The position numbers were made by a program, and so were the translations under genes. A DNA stretch of 64,000 nt from an uncultured Planctomycetales bacterium (GTDB taxonomy: Bacteria > Omnitrophota > Gorgyraeia > Zapsychrales > JANLHA01), in the NCBI GenBank assembly GCA_964474085.1, contig CAYYRJ010000013.1, positions 797-64,796 of the forward strand, written 5' to 3'. The notes under the pieces were generated by a model. It saw only the letters and a program-made list of their open reading frames with translations, was not told the origin of the DNA and searched no databases. Position 1 is the stretch's first letter; every line of letters starts with the position of its first letter. Positions 30,523 through 40,923 of this stretch are shown here, piece after piece.

Positions 30523-31923
30523 ATGAAAATAGCGTTTTGTTCGTCAGAAGTAGTTCCCTTTGCCAAGACCGGCGGTATGGCGGATGTCTGCGGCAGCTTG
30601 CCTTTGGCGCTCGAAAAGCTCGGGCAGGATATTATTATTGTCTTGCCTGCATACAGCTGCATTGACCGGCAAAGCTTTGGGTTTACCCAAATCCGGGACT
30701 ATGTTTTTCAGGCGATTGTTGGAAAAAATATTACCGTTTACCTGCTGGAAAATGAAAAATATTTCCAGCGCCCCGGGCTTTATGGCGATCAAAACGGGGA
30801 TTATCCGGACAATTTGGAGCGGTTTGACTTTTATTGCCGTCGGACACTTGAGCTTTTTAAGGAATTAAAGTTGCATGTTGACATTATCCATTGTCATGAC
30901 TGGCAAAGTGCGCTGATTCCGGTTTATTTAAAGCAAAAGTTTAATCGGGATGAATTTTTTAAAGATACCAAGACGGTATTGTCTTTGCATAATTTGGCTT
31001 ATCAGGGTGTTTTTGCGGCTGAGCAATATAAGAAATTACATTTTGGCGAAAAGGTTTTTGCCGATGCGTTTGAATTTTATGGAAAAATAAATTTGCTTAA
31101 AGCCGGGATAATTTATAGCGATTGCGTTGCGACCGTCAGCCCGCAGTATGCCCGTGAGATACAAACACAAGAATTTGGTTGCGGTTTGCAGGGTGTTTTG
31201 CAAGCTCGGGGAGAAACGATTATCGGGATTTTAAATGGTCTGGATTACAATTATTGGGATCCTCGACGGGAAAGTTATATTGAATACAATTATGCGCCAG
31301 AAAACTCCCAGCATAAAGCGAAGAATAAAGCTTTTTTGCAAAAAAAAGTAAAGTTGCCCCTTAAGAGCCGTGTCCCTCTTTTTGGGTTTGTCAGCCGCTT
31401 GTCGCATCAAAAGGGAATTGATCTTTTCGACCAGATGATGCCGCAATTGATGAAGCTTGATATCCAGTTGGTTTTTTTAGGTGTCGGCGAGCAAAAGTAC
31501 CATGAAATGTTGACCCGGTGGGCCAAGCAATATCCGGATAAAATCGCCATTGATTTGGCTTTTGATGAAGAGTTTTCGCATTTTGTGTATGCTGGTTCGG
31601 ATTTCTTTTTGATGCCTTCCGTCTATGAACCCTGCGGGTTAAGTCAGTTGATTAGCATGCGTTACGGCACGATTCCCGTCGTTTATCGCGTCGGCGGTTT
31701 AGTTGACACAGTTATCCCGTATGATCAGGGCGGAAACGGTTTTGTGTTTATCGAATACACGCCGAAAGCTTTTTTAAATGTGATTAAAGAAGCTATTAAT
31801 ATTTATAGCGATTCAGAAGCTTTTAGTCAGATTGTGGCTCAAGCTTTTAAGGCAAATTTTTCGTGGGAGAGTTCCGCGCGGCAGTATGTCGGGCTTTATA
31901 ATCAATGCTTAAAGAACTTGTAA
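30523..31923 (+). CDS. glgA: glycogen synthase (ADP-glucose type)
   Basis: N-terminal E(V)VPFAKTGGMADV motif. GT-B fold. Confidence 0.9.
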   Translation: MKIAFCSSEVVPFAKTGGMADVCGSLPLALEKLGQDIIIVLPAYSCIDRQSFGFTQIRDYVFQAIVGKNITVYLLENEKYFQRPGLYGDQNGDYPDNLERFDFYCRRTLELFKELKLHVDIIHCHDWQSALIPVYLKQKFNRDEFFKDTKTVLSLHNLAYQGVFAAEQYKKLHFGEKVFADAFEFYGKINLLKAGIIYSDCVATVSPQYAREIQTQEFGCGLQGVLQARGETIIGILNGLDYNYWDPRRESYIEYNYAPENSQHKAKNKAFLQKKVKLPLKSRVPLFGFVSRLSHQKGIDLFDQMMPQLMKLDIQLVFLGVGEQKYHEMLTRWAKQYPDKIAIDLAFDEEFSHFVYAGSDFFLMPSVYEPCGLSQLISMRYGTIPVVYRVGGLVDTVIPYDQGGNGFVFIEYTPKAFLNVIKEAINIYSDSEAFSQIVAQAFKANFSWESSARQYVGLYNQCLKNL

Positions 31924-32594
31924 AAAAAAGAAGTATTGTCGTCGGCGTTACAGGCCAGCTGTCTAGCGGCAAGTCAAGTGTTTGCGCGATGATGGCTGCT
32001 TTAGGCGCTAGTGTTATCAACGCGGATCTTCTTGCTCACCGCGCTTTGCGCAAAAATGGCGCGTGTTTTAAAAAAGTGGTCTTAGCCTTCGGAAAGGATA
32101 TTTTGGACAAAGGCGAAATTGATCGCAAAAAACTTGCGGGAATCGTTTTTGCAAGCCCGTTACAATTGCGCAAGCTCGAGGGGATTGTTCATCCTTTTGT
32201 TATTAAAGAAACGCAAAAGGAAATCTCGCTTTTAAAAAAGGGTGGCAAAAAAATTATTGTACTTGATGTCCCTTTGCTTTTTGAGTCGGGGATGAACAAG
32301 TTTACCGATTTGACGGTTGTCGTCAAAGTCAATAAAAAGACTCAGATGCAAAGATGTTTAAAGCAGGGTCGTTTTAATCGCACTCAGGCTCTTATGCGCA
32401 TAAAGTTTCAATGGCCAATGAGCGAAAAAGCTCGTCGGGCTGATATCATCATCGACAATGGAGGAACACTTATAAAAACACAAAAACAGGTCAACGCAAT
32501 TATTGAAATGATCAAACGCAGGTATATAACATTTAACAATACACCAACACACAAGGAAAGAGAACATGCCAAGAACATCGAAAGAAAAAGTTAA
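31905..32594 (+). CDS. coaE: dephospho-CoA kinase
   Basis: [14 protein letters not shown]-loop. Short C-terminal extension. Confidence 0.85.
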   Translation: MLKELVKKRSIVVGVTGQLSSGKSSVCAMMAALGASVINADLLAHRALRKNGACFKKVVLAFGKDILDKGEIDRKKLAGIVFASPLQLRKLEGIVHPFVIKETQKEISLLKKGGKKIIVLDVPLLFESGMNKFTDLTVVVKVNKKTQMQRCLKQGRFNRTQALMRIKFQWPMSEKARRADIIIDNGGTLIKTQKQVNAIIEMIKRRYITFNNTPTHKEREHAKNIERKS

Positions 32595-33942
32595 TGAAGA
32601 AGAAATGCAGCCTGTTAAACCGGTAGCTAAAAGTCCTGAGAAGGAAAAACCCAGCGAGGAGGAGGCTGTTGTTTCTGCCGGACGCGCAGTGCAGATTGAT
32701 ATCACAAAGTTAAAGGACATGAAAATGTCTGATTTAACCAAGCTTGCGCGTGAAATGGGTGTCGAGAATCCCAGCGGTTTAAAAAAGCAGGATTTGATTT
32801 TTAAAACTTTGCAGAAGCAGGCCGAAAAAGAAGGCCTGATGTTCGGCGAGGGGACCCTTGAGATTTTGACTGAAGGCTTTGGCTTTTTGCGCTGTGCCAA
32901 TTATAATTATTTGCCTTGCCCGGACGATATTTATATTTCTCCGTCGCAGATCAGACGTTTTGATCTTAAGACGGGGGATAATGTCAGCGGACATATCCGT
33001 CCGCCTAAGGAAGGCGAAAAATATTTTGCTCTTCTTAAAGTCGAAGCGGTTAATTATGAAAACCCCGAGAAGAGTAAAGACAAAATCTTTTTTGATAACT
33101 TAACGCCGCTTTATCCGCGTGACCGTTTAAAGCTGGAAACCACCGCAACCGAAATTTCGACACGGGTCATGGACCTGTTGACCCCGATTGGTAAGGGCCA
33201 GCGTGCGCTTATCGTCGCTCCGCCTTATAGTGGTAAAACGGTCCTTTTGCAAAAAATCGCCAATTCGATTACGCTAAATAATCCGGATATTGTGTTGATT
33301 GTGCTTTTGATCGACGAGCGCCCGGAAGAAGTGACCGATATGCAAAGAGGCGTTAAGGGCGAGGTCATCGCGTCGACTTTTGATGAACCGGCCGAACGCC
33401 ACGTCCAGATTGCGGAAATCGTGCTTGAAAAAGCTAAACGTCTCGTCGAGCACAAACGCGATGTGGTCATTTTGCTCGACAGCATTACCCGTTTGGCCCG
33501 TGCGTATAATACGGTTGTCCCGCACAGCGGAAAGATTCTCTCAGGTGGTGTGGACTCCAACGCCCTGCATAAGCCCAAACGCTTTTTTGGCGCGGCCCGC
33601 GGGGTTGAAGAGGGTGGCAGCCTGACGATTATCGCAACGGCGCTTGTCGATACGGGTAGCCGTATGGACGAAGTTATTTTTGAAGAGTTTAAGGGAACAG
33701 GTAACATGGAACTTCAATTGGACCGCAACCTGTTTCAACGTCGTATTTATCCGGCGATTGATATCAAACGTTCGAATACGCGACATGAAGAACTTCTTCT
33801 TAAGGAAGAAGAATTGCAGCGTGTTTGGTTGCTTCGCAAAGCGATTAATGATCTTAATACCGCCGAGGCGATGGAGCTTTTGATCGACCGTTTAGGCAAG
33901 TACAAGAGCAACAAAGAGTTTTTGGATAATATGAATAAATGA
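32566..33942 (+). CDS. rho: transcription termination factor Rho
   Basis: Lys/Glu-rich N-terminal extension. CSD-like RNA-binding domain. ATPase with PPYSGKT Walker A. Confidence 0.95.
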   Translation: MPRTSKEKVNEEEMQPVKPVAKSPEKEKPSEEEAVVSAGRAVQIDITKLKDMKMSDLTKLAREMGVENPSGLKKQDLIFKTLQKQAEKEGLMFGEGTLEILTEGFGFLRCANYNYLPCPDDIYISPSQIRRFDLKTGDNVSGHIRPPKEGEKYFALLKVEAVNYENPEKSKDKIFFDNLTPLYPRDRLKLETTATEISTRVMDLLTPIGKGQRALIVAPPYSGKTVLLQKIANSITLNNPDIVLIVLLIDERPEEVTDMQRGVKGEVIASTFDEPAERHVQIAEIVLEKAKRLVEHKRDVVILLDSITRLARAYNTVVPHSGKILSGGVDSNALHKPKRFFGAARGVEEGGSLTIIATALVDTGSRMDEVIFEEFKGTGNMELQLDRNLFQRRIYPAIDIKRSNTRHEELLLKEEELQRVWLLRKAINDLNTAEAMELLIDRLGKYKSNKEFLDNMNK

Positions 33943-33993
33943 GCGTGAGGGCCATCTCATCAAAAAAGAGGCCCGAGCACTCATCCCAAAGGA

Positions 33994-34011
33994 GTCACGC
34001 TTTTGCGTGAC
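33994..34011 (+). other. perfect hairpin downstream of rho (no T-tract)
   Basis: gtcacgc-tttt-gcgtgac. Confidence 0.3.
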
Positions 34012-34033
34012 GACGTGGGATATAAAAGGGAAG

Positions 34034-34058
34034 TTAGACGTTGGACGCTGGACGTTGG
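34034..34058. repeat. heptad minisatellite (YTRGACG)n
   Basis: ttagacg ttggacg ctggacg ttgg. Lies between rho and rpmE. Confidence 0.6.
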
Positions 34059-34099
34059 AAAACCAGTAAGTATTTAATGATTAAAAGGAGAACAAAAAA

Positions 34100-34306
34100 A
34101 TGAAAACTGAAATACACCCAAATTACACCGCAACAACCATTACCTGCGCCTGCGGGGAAGTCATTCACACACGTTCGACGAAGCAGAACATCCGTGTCGA
34201 AATTTGTTCCAAGTGCCATCCGTTTTATACCGGCGAGAAAAAGTTTGTGGATTCGGCCGGGCGTATTGAGCGTTTTGAACAACGTTACAAAAAAGGTAAA
34301 AAATGA
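34100..34306 (+). CDS. rpmE: 50S ribosomal protein L31
   Basis: [10 protein letters not shown]-terminus. CxCG...CSKCHPF zinc ribbon. Confidence 0.95.
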   Translation: MKTEIHPNYTATTITCACGEVIHTRSTKQNIRVEICSKCHPFYTGEKKFVDSAGRIERFEQRYKKGKK

Positions 34307-35391
34307 TCAATTTGGAGAAGCTCAACAAAACCAGAGACCGTTATCGCGAACTGGAAGGGCTCCTCGCCGATGCGACGATCATTGAAGATCAGAAGCAGTA
34401 TCAACGGTATGCCAAAGAATTTTCTTTGCTAACGCCATTGGTCGATACTTTGAAAGAACATGATGCTGTTTTGGCGCAAATTGCAGAGTTAAAAAAACTG
34501 CTGCAAGAAAAGCAGGACAAAGAGTTCGAGTCGCTTATCCGTGCGGAGCTTTTGGATCTGGAAAACCAGGTCGTTGAAATTGAAAAAAAGATCGACGAAC
34601 TTGTCAATCCTCGTCGGGTCGACAAAGATACGGGAGTTATTATCGAAATCCGCGCTGGGACCGGCGGGCAGGAAGCGTCTCTTTTTGCGGCGGATCTTTT
34701 TCGGATGTATTCTCGATATGCTCAGCGTCAGGGTTGGCAAAGTGAAGTGATGAGCAGTCACGAATCGGAAGCGGGAGGTTTTAAGGAAATTGTTTTAAGC
34801 GTTTCCGGGACCGGTGCGGCGCGCCATTTAAAATGGGAAAGCGGTGTCCATCGCGTACAGCGCGTGCCTACGACGGAAGCCTCGGGCCGCATCCATACCT
34901 CGGCGGCTACTGTGGCGGTATTAGAAGAACCCGAAGAAGATGTCGAAATCAAAATTGATCCTAAAGATTTAAAAATCGATGTTTATCGTTCCTCAGGCCC
35001 GGGCGGGCAAAGTGTCAACACGACAGATTCCGCCGTGCGGATGACCCATTTCCCGACGGGAATTGTCGTGGTCTGTCAGGATGAGCGTTCACAGCTTAAA
35101 AACCGCGCCAAGGCGATGCGTGTTTTGCGTGCGAGAATCAAGGACAAGATGGACCAGGAAAATTTTGAAAAGACCAGCAAGGATCGTAAAGCCCAAATTG
35201 GTACCGGTGACCGCAGTGAAAAAATTCGGACGTATAATTTTTCGGACCATCGTGTTACGGATCATCGTATAGGGTTTACGACACATCAGCTGGATAATGT
35301 CATGGACGGCGATTTGGACGATTTGACCAACGCTTTGCTTCGGGAAGAGGACAAAAATTTACAAGAACAACAACAGCAGGCGCAGCAATGA
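34303..35391 (+). CDS. prfA: peptide chain release factor 1
   Basis: GGQ motif (SGPGGQSVN). RF1-type tripeptide (VPTTE) rather than the RF2-type SPF. Confidence 0.9.
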   Translation: MINLEKLNKTRDRYRELEGLLADATIIEDQKQYQRYAKEFSLLTPLVDTLKEHDAVLAQIAELKKLLQEKQDKEFESLIRAELLDLENQVVEIEKKIDELVNPRRVDKDTGVIIEIRAGTGGQEASLFAADLFRMYSRYAQRQGWQSEVMSSHESEAGGFKEIVLSVSGTGAARHLKWESGVHRVQRVPTTEASGRIHTSAATVAVLEEPEEDVEIKIDPKDLKIDVYRSSGPGGQSVNTTDSAVRMTHFPTGIVVVCQDERSQLKNRAKAMRVLRARIKDKMDQENFEKTSKDRKAQIGTGDRSEKIRTYNFSDHRVTDHRIGFTTHQLDNVMDGDLDDLTNALLREEDKNLQEQQQQAQQ

Positions 35392-36179
35392 CCCCGCAAG
35401 AATTAATGTTGACCGAAATTTTAGATTGCCAGCGTGCCGAACTTTATACCAAAGAAGTCTGCTTGACGCCTGCGCAGCAGTTGACTTTTGATGCGATGCA
35501 ACAGCGTTTTAGTCGCAATGAGCCGCTGCAATATATTTTAGGACAAACGCATTTTTTTGGTTTTCCGTTTAAAGTCGATTCGCGGGTCCTTATTCCTCGT
35601 CCGGAAACAGAGCTTTTGGTCGAAAGCCTTTTGGATTTTGTTCTGCGTTATGAAATCCGTGATCTTAGGATTTTGGACGTCGGGACAGGCTCTGGAAATA
35701 TTGCGATTGCTCTGGCCAAATCGCTTTCGGGTGCACGAATCGTGGCTATGGATATTTCTGAAGATGCGCTAAAAGTTGGTCGAGAAAACGCGCGGTGTAA
35801 CGGAGTTTCTTCTCGGATTGATTTTGTCCATTGTGATGCCTTTGAATTTTTTGAGAATTACCGTCAGGCCGAAAAAGGTTTTGATATAATTGTCTCCAAT
35901 CCGCCCTATATTGCAACGCCGCTTTTGGCGTCTTTGCCGGCGGATGTCCGTCAAGAACCGCAATTAGCTCTCGACGGCGGGTCGGATGGTTTAAAGTTCT
36001 ATCGGATGATTATTAAAAATGCGAAACGTTTTTTGAAAGATAATGCGGTTTTGGCGTGTGAAATCGGTGACGGACAAAAGGACGCGTTGGGCACGTTGCT
36101 TAGCGAGCATGGATTTGAAAACGTTTATTTTAAAAACGATTACCGCGATACCCCGCGATATTTTTTAGCGCAGGCTTAA
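35388..36179 (+). CDS. prmC: release factor glutamine N5-methyltransferase
   Basis: SAM motif VGTGSG. NPPY motif. Overlaps prfA. Confidence 0.9.
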   Translation: MTPQELMLTEILDCQRAELYTKEVCLTPAQQLTFDAMQQRFSRNEPLQYILGQTHFFGFPFKVDSRVLIPRPETELLVESLLDFVLRYEIRDLRILDVGTGSGNIAIALAKSLSGARIVAMDISEDALKVGRENARCNGVSSRIDFVHCDAFEFFENYRQAEKGFDIIVSNPPYIATPLLASLPADVRQEPQLALDGGSDGLKFYRMIIKNAKRFLKDNAVLACEIGDGQKDALGTLLSEHGFENVYFKNDYRDTPRYFLAQA

Positions 36180-36186
36180 TATGCTC

Positions 36187-36256
36187 GTCATTGCGAGGAG
36201 GCCCGCAGCGCCGACGCGGCAATCTCTTTAAGATTGATTGTTAACGCTCGAATGAC
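36187..36256. repeat. MITE-like palindromic element, same family
   Basis: cgtcattgcgagg ... ctcgaatgacat. Lies between prmC and murA. Confidence 0.55.
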
Positions 36257-36272
36257 ATAACAACAAGGATAA

Positions 36273-37538
36273 TTGCTCATGGACAAACTAGTCATTGAAG
36301 GCGGTAAAAAACTTGCTGGCGATATTAAGGTCAGCGGCTCTAAAAATTCGACCTTGCCGATTTTGGCAGCCACCCTTTTAACCGACGAGAAATGCGTCAT
36401 TCACAACGTTCCTAAGCTGCGCGACACTTTAACGATGATCAAGCTTTTGCGTTCGCTGGGAAAAACGGTCGACTACAACAATAATACTGCAGTTATCAGC
36501 GGCGCGGCCAACAGCTCGACGGCGGAATACAAACTTGTCTCGACAATGCGCGGCTCGTTTTGCGTGATGGGACCGTTATTGTCAAAGTTTCGTAGCGCTA
36601 AAGTTTCTCTGCCCGGTGGATGCGTTATCGGGATTCGACCAGTTGATTTGCATATTAAAGGTTTTAAAGCTTTAGGGGCGACGATTGAAGTTGAAGGCGG
36701 TTATGTGATTGCCAAAGCCCGAGTGTTAAAAGGGGATTTGATTTATTTGGGCGGTGTTTTTGGCCCGTCGGTTTTAGCTACTGGCAATGTGATGATGGCC
36801 TCTGTTTTGGCAACAGGAGAGACGATCATTGAAAGCGCGGCCTGCGAGCCGGAGGTTGAGGAGCTCTCTGAATTTTTGATCAAAATGGGCGCCCATATCG
36901 AAGGCAAAGGGACCTCTCGGCTCGTCATTCGAGGAGTTAAACGTTTGCATGGCGCAGAATACACTATTGGCCCGGATCGTATTGAAGCCGGCACGTTTGT
37001 TCTTATGGCGGCTGCGACACAAAGTACGCTGACAATTCGCAATGTCAGGTATGCCCAGCTTCTGGTTTTGATGGACCGCTTGGAAGCGGCCGGCGTGCGT
37101 TTTAAAAAAGGAAAAGATTCTCTGACGGTCATTGGTCCCAAAAAGCTAAAGCCGGTCAGTGTGACGACGTATCCCTATCCGGGTTTTCCGACGGACTTAC
37201 AGGCGCAGTTTATGGCGCTTATGGCGATTACTCCGGGAGTCAGTGTGATCAATGACAAAGTTTTTCCGGACCGGTTTATCCACATTGCGGAGCTTAATCG
37301 GATGGGAGCTAATATCCGCCGGGACAGTGGGGTCGCGATTGTCGAAGGGGTCAAGACGCTTTATGGGGCGCCGGTCATGGCTTCGGATTTGCGGGCGTCG
37401 GCTGCTTTGGTTTTGGCTGGTTTAGCCGCCAAAGGCAAAACCGAAATTCATCGCATTTATCATTTGGAACGCGGGTACGAAGATTTGGAAGCCAAACTTA
37501 AAAAAGTCGGTGCTGTCATTTACCGCGAAAAAGAATAA
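36273..37538 (+). CDS. murA: UDP-N-acetylglucosamine 1-carboxyvinyltransferase
   Basis: 421 aa. EPSP-synthase fold. KLxIxGGxxLxG N-terminus. Confidence 0.95.
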   Translation: MLMDKLVIEGGKKLAGDIKVSGSKNSTLPILAATLLTDEKCVIHNVPKLRDTLTMIKLLRSLGKTVDYNNNTAVISGAANSSTAEYKLVSTMRGSFCVMGPLLSKFRSAKVSLPGGCVIGIRPVDLHIKGFKALGATIEVEGGYVIAKARVLKGDLIYLGGVFGPSVLATGNVMMASVLATGETIIESAACEPEVEELSEFLIKMGAHIEGKGTSRLVIRGVKRLHGAEYTIGPDRIEAGTFVLMAAATQSTLTIRNVRYAQLLVLMDRLEAAGVRFKKGKDSLTVIGPKKLKPVSVTTYPYPGFPTDLQAQFMALMAITPGVSVINDKVFPDRFIHIAELNRMGANIRRDSGVAIVEGVKTLYGAPVMASDLRASAALVLAGLAAKGKTEIHRIYHLERGYEDLEAKLKKVGAVIYREKE

Positions 37539-37542
37539 TCTT

Positions 37543-38115
37543 ATGTTGCTTATCATCGACAATTTCGATTCGTTTACGTATAACCTTGTTCAGTATTTTG
37601 GCGAGCTTAAGGCACAGATGAAAATTTTTCGCAACAACGCTTTGACGGTTGAGAAAATTCGTAAACTAAAACCTTCCCGCATCGTGATCTCGCCGGGCCC
37701 CGGCCGGCCGGAGGATGCGGGCGTGACCGTCGAAGTTATCCGAGAGTTTAGCGGCAAAATTCCTATTTTAGGCGTTTGTTTGGGGCATCAGGCCATTGGC
37801 TATGCGTATGGCGGAAAAATTATTGGCGCTAAACATCTGATGCACGGGAAGACCTCCCCGATTGCGCACAAGGGGACGGATATTTTTAAAAATCTCGACA
37901 ACCCTTTTGAAGCGACCCGTTATCACTCGCTGGTCATTGACCCTAAATCTTTGCCGCAGTGTTTGGAAATTACCGCGTGGACGAAGGATAAAGACAAAGA
38001 AATCATGGGCGTGCGCCACAAAAATTTTCCGCTGTGGGGCGTGCAATTTCATCCGGAGTCTATTCTAACTACGTCGGGAATGGGTATCTTAAAAAACTTC
38101 CTAAAGCTTTCATAA
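37543..38115 (+). CDS. trpG: anthranilate synthase component II (glutamine amidotransferase); trpG/pabA type
   Basis: [15 protein letters not shown]-terminus. GVCLGHQ catalytic Cys. HPES His-Glu. Start set at ATG 37543. Confidence 0.85.
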   Translation: MLLIIDNFDSFTYNLVQYFGELKAQMKIFRNNALTVEKIRKLKPSRIVISPGPGRPEDAGVTVEVIREFSGKIPILGVCLGHQAIGYAYGGKIIGAKHLMHGKTSPIAHKGTDIFKNLDNPFEATRYHSLVIDPKSLPQCLEITAWTKDKDKEIMGVRHKNFPLWGVQFHPESILTTSGMGILKNFLKLS

Positions 38116-38120
38116 ATTTT

Positions 38121-39137
38121 ATGGATGCGTATATTCAGAAATTACAAAATCGCCAGGATTTGACAGAAGGCGAAATCCAGGCTGTTATGCGTTTGATCAT
38201 GTCAGGTGATCTGCCGCATCAGTCGATGGCGGCATTTTTGATGGCGCTCAACGAAAAGTCTCCCTCAATTGAGGAGATTACCGGCGCGGCAAAAATTTTG
38301 CGCGATTTTTCGCTCGAAGTTAACACCAAACATCCGGTTGTCCTGGATACCTGCGGAACCGGCGGGGACAAAAAGGGCACGTTTAATATTTCGACGACGG
38401 TGGCTTTTGTCGTTGCGGGTGCTGGTGTGGTTTTAGCCAAACACGGCAATCGATCGATTTCAAGCCGCTGCGGCAGCGCCGATGTGCTCGAAGCTTTAGG
38501 CGTGAATATTAGCATCGATCAAAAATATCTAGGCGAGTGTTTAGATGAAATCGGGATCGCATTTTTGTTTGCACAAAAATTGCATCCGGCGCTCAAAAAT
38601 GTTGCCGCTGTTCGAAAAAGTTTAGGCACAGAGACCATTTTTAATATTCTCGGCCCGTTGCTTAATCCGGCAAAAGCCACGCATCAGATGATGGGCGTTT
38701 ATAGCCGAGATTATGTTGAGCCTTTGGCACGGGTTTTAAAAAATTTGGGGCTGCGCCGAGCTTTTGTCGTACACGGCAAGGACGGGTTAGATGAAGTGAC
38801 GACGACGACACAGACGTTTGTCAGTGAATTTAACGGCCGTGAAATTTTAAGTTATGAAATTGATCCTCTTGAATTGGGTTTTTGTTTGGCCAAGGAATCC
38901 GATTTAAAAGGCGGCGATTTGAATGTTAATGCGGGGATTGTTTTGGACATTTTAAAAGGGGCATCCGGACCGAAACGGGATATTGTCGTCTTAAATGCGG
39001 CTTGTGCTTTGTATACGGCAGAAAAAGTTGCAAATATTTCCGACGGGATTGCCTTAGCGTGTGATTCAATCGATAGTGGCAAGGCTTTGAAAAAATTAGA
39101 CGAGTTGAAAGTTTTTACAAATGGTATCGATTCATGA
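38121..39137 (+). CDS. trpD: anthranilate phosphoribosyltransferase
   Basis: DTCGTGGD and KHGNRS motifs. Start set at ATG 38121. Confidence 0.9.
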   Translation: MDAYIQKLQNRQDLTEGEIQAVMRLIMSGDLPHQSMAAFLMALNEKSPSIEEITGAAKILRDFSLEVNTKHPVVLDTCGTGGDKKGTFNISTTVAFVVAGAGVVLAKHGNRSISSRCGSADVLEALGVNISIDQKYLGECLDEIGIAFLFAQKLHPALKNVAAVRKSLGTETIFNILGPLLNPAKATHQMMGVYSRDYVEPLARVLKNLGLRRAFVVHGKDGLDEVTTTTQTFVSEFNGREILSYEIDPLELGFCLAKESDLKGGDLNVNAGIVLDILKGASGPKRDIVVLNAACALYTAEKVANISDGIALACDSIDSGKALKKLDELKVFTNGIDS

Positions 39138-39925
39138 AACGAGATTTTTTAAAAGAGATCGTCGAGTATAAAAAAGAATTGCTCGCTCAAAAGAGCGGCT
39201 ATTATGCGGCGCTTAAGAAGAACGTCAAAACCTCCCCGCACAGCCGCTACGGTCTTTTTAAAAAAGCCATCGAAAAGCCCGGTCGTATCAATTTGATCGC
39301 CGAAATTAAAAAAGCGTCCCCGTCGGTGGGAATTATCCGCGAGCCTTTTGATTTGACCGGTTTGGCAAGGACGTATGCGGAAAATGGGGCGGATGCGCTT
39401 TCGGTTTTGACGGAAGATAAATATTTTTTAGGCAAACCGACGTATATTAAAAGGGTAAGCGAAGAGGTTCTGTTGCCGGTTTTGACCAAGGATTTTATTA
39501 TTCACGAACATCAGATTTTTGAAACGTTTTGTCAGGGCGCCAGCGCGATTCTTTTGATTGTTGCGATTTTAGAGGATGCTTTGCTCAAGGACTTGATCCA
39601 GGTCGCTTCGGATCTTGATATGGACTGTCTCGTCGAGGTCCATGACGAAAGTGAACTTTTTCGGGCGCTTAAAAGTGGCGCAGAAGTCATCGGGATTAAT
39701 CACCGCAATTTAGCAACACTGACCATTGATTTAAGCGTTAGTGAAAAATTAGTGCCGCAAATTCCTAAGGGAAAAGTGATCGTGGCTGAGAGTGGGATTA
39801 AGACTCATACGGAAATTATGAAGTTGCAAGCATTGGGCGTTAACGCGGTTTTGATCGGGGAAAGTTTTTTACGTTCTGCCGACGTCGGCGCAAAAGTTAA
39901 GGAGATTATGGGGGTTAGGGGATAG
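39134..39925 (+). CDS. trpC: indole-3-glycerol phosphate synthase
   Basis: TIM-barrel IGPS blocks (IAEIKKASPS, INHRNL). Its stop codon lies inside a GGGGTTAGGGG repeat. Confidence 0.9.
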   Translation: MKRDFLKEIVEYKKELLAQKSGYYAALKKNVKTSPHSRYGLFKKAIEKPGRINLIAEIKKASPSVGIIREPFDLTGLARTYAENGADALSVLTEDKYFLGKPTYIKRVSEEVLLPVLTKDFIIHEHQIFETFCQGASAILLIVAILEDALLKDLIQVASDLDMDCLVEVHDESELFRALKSGAEVIGINHRNLATLTIDLSVSEKLVPQIPKGKVIVAESGIKTHTEIMKLQALGVNAVLIGESFLRSADVGAKVKEIMGVRG

Positions 39926-39935
39926 GGGTTAGGGG
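39911..39935 (+). other. canonical G-quadruplex motif (G4-TTA-G4-ATA-G4-TTA-G4) on the sense strand, containing the trpC stop codon
   Basis: ggggttaggggataggggttagggg. Confidence 0.6.
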
Positions 39936-39967
39936 TTGGACGTTGGTGGCTGGACGTTAGACGTTAG
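39936..39967. repeat. heptad minisatellite (YTRGACG)n following a GGGGTTAGGGG tract
   Basis: ttggacg ttggtgg ctggacg ttagacg ttag. Confidence 0.6.
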
Positions 39968-39990
39968 TAATTTAAAATAGAAAGGTTGAT

Positions 39991-40623
39991 ATGTTAAAAG
40001 CTAAGATTTGTGGGATTACGGATACAAAGGATGCTCTATTGGCCGCGTCTTTAGGCGCATGGGCGTTGGGGTTTATTTTTTATAAAAAAAGTAAACGTTT
40101 CATCGGGCCATATAAGGCGAAGAAAATCATTTCTGATTTGCCGCCGTTTGTGACACCCGTCGGAGTTTTTGTCGACCAAAAGCAAGGAGCGGTCAAAGAG
40201 ATCGCGGAGTTTTGCGGCTTGAGAGTATTGCAATTTCATGGTGAGGAAACGCCGGATTTTTGTAAACGTTTTGACAAATACAAAATTATCAAGGCCTTTC
40301 GTGTCAAAGAAGATTTTGATATTAATGTTTTACGTCCGTACAAATCGCTTGCGAGTGCTTTTCTTTTTGACCGCCATGAAGAAGGCGTGCAGGGCGGGAC
40401 GGGCAAAACTTTTGACTGGAAACTGATCAAGGAAGCCAAAAATTTTGGCGTTCCGATCATTCTCTCTGGCGGCATACATTCGAATAATGTCCGTAGCGCG
40501 TTTGAAGAGATCAAGCCTTATGCGGTGGACGTTTCAAGCGGGGTGGAGGATGCTCCCGGCAAAAAAAGCGAGCGCTCGCTAACTGAATTTTTTAGCCAAT
40601 TGGTTCTTCCGGTCTCTGTTTAA
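39991..40623 (+). CDS. trpF: phosphoribosylanthranilate isomerase
   Basis: KICGIT N-terminus. LQFHGEE block. 210 aa. Confidence 0.9.
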   Translation: MLKAKICGITDTKDALLAASLGAWALGFIFYKKSKRFIGPYKAKKIISDLPPFVTPVGVFVDQKQGAVKEIAEFCGLRVLQFHGEETPDFCKRFDKYKIIKAFRVKEDFDINVLRPYKSLASAFLFDRHEEGVQGGTGKTFDWKLIKEAKNFGVPIILSGGIHSNNVRSAFEEIKPYAVDVSSGVEDAPGKKSERSLTEFFSQLVLPVSV

Positions 40624-40923
40624 TGCCATGTGCAAGTTTTATTTACCGACTTGGGAAAGTCCTTTTAGGCTCAATTGTTTTGCGCCTCTATGGCGCCATT
40701 CGCCTTAAAAGGGCTTCCCGAGTCGGGGCTTCATTTGCCATCGCGTTATTTAGCTAGATTTGAAAAATTTTTAAAGAAAATTTGCCTTTCTCGGGGAGTT
40801 TCTTTATACTTATGTGTATCTTATCTGTATTTATCTTTTGTAGCATCTCCATTTGACAGTATTTATTTGTTTTATCTAAAGAGGAAAAACTCTGTGCAGT
40901 CTCTCTTTCATCGAGATAGTCTA

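Noticed and set aside
39911-39935. Telomere-like GGGGTT repeats
   Set aside because: They resemble ciliate telomeric repeats only superficially. There are 3-4 units, internal to a bacterial operon. I interpret them as a G-quadruplex-capable repeat, not a telomere.
40675-40923. 5' extension of the protein A ORF (ORF-track start 40675) and of ORF 45501
   Set aside because: The upstream stretches translate to non-protein-like sequence. In the ORF at 45501 the stretch runs across the heptad repeat. Signal peptides begin at internal Met residues (40924 and 45588), and I used those as starts.
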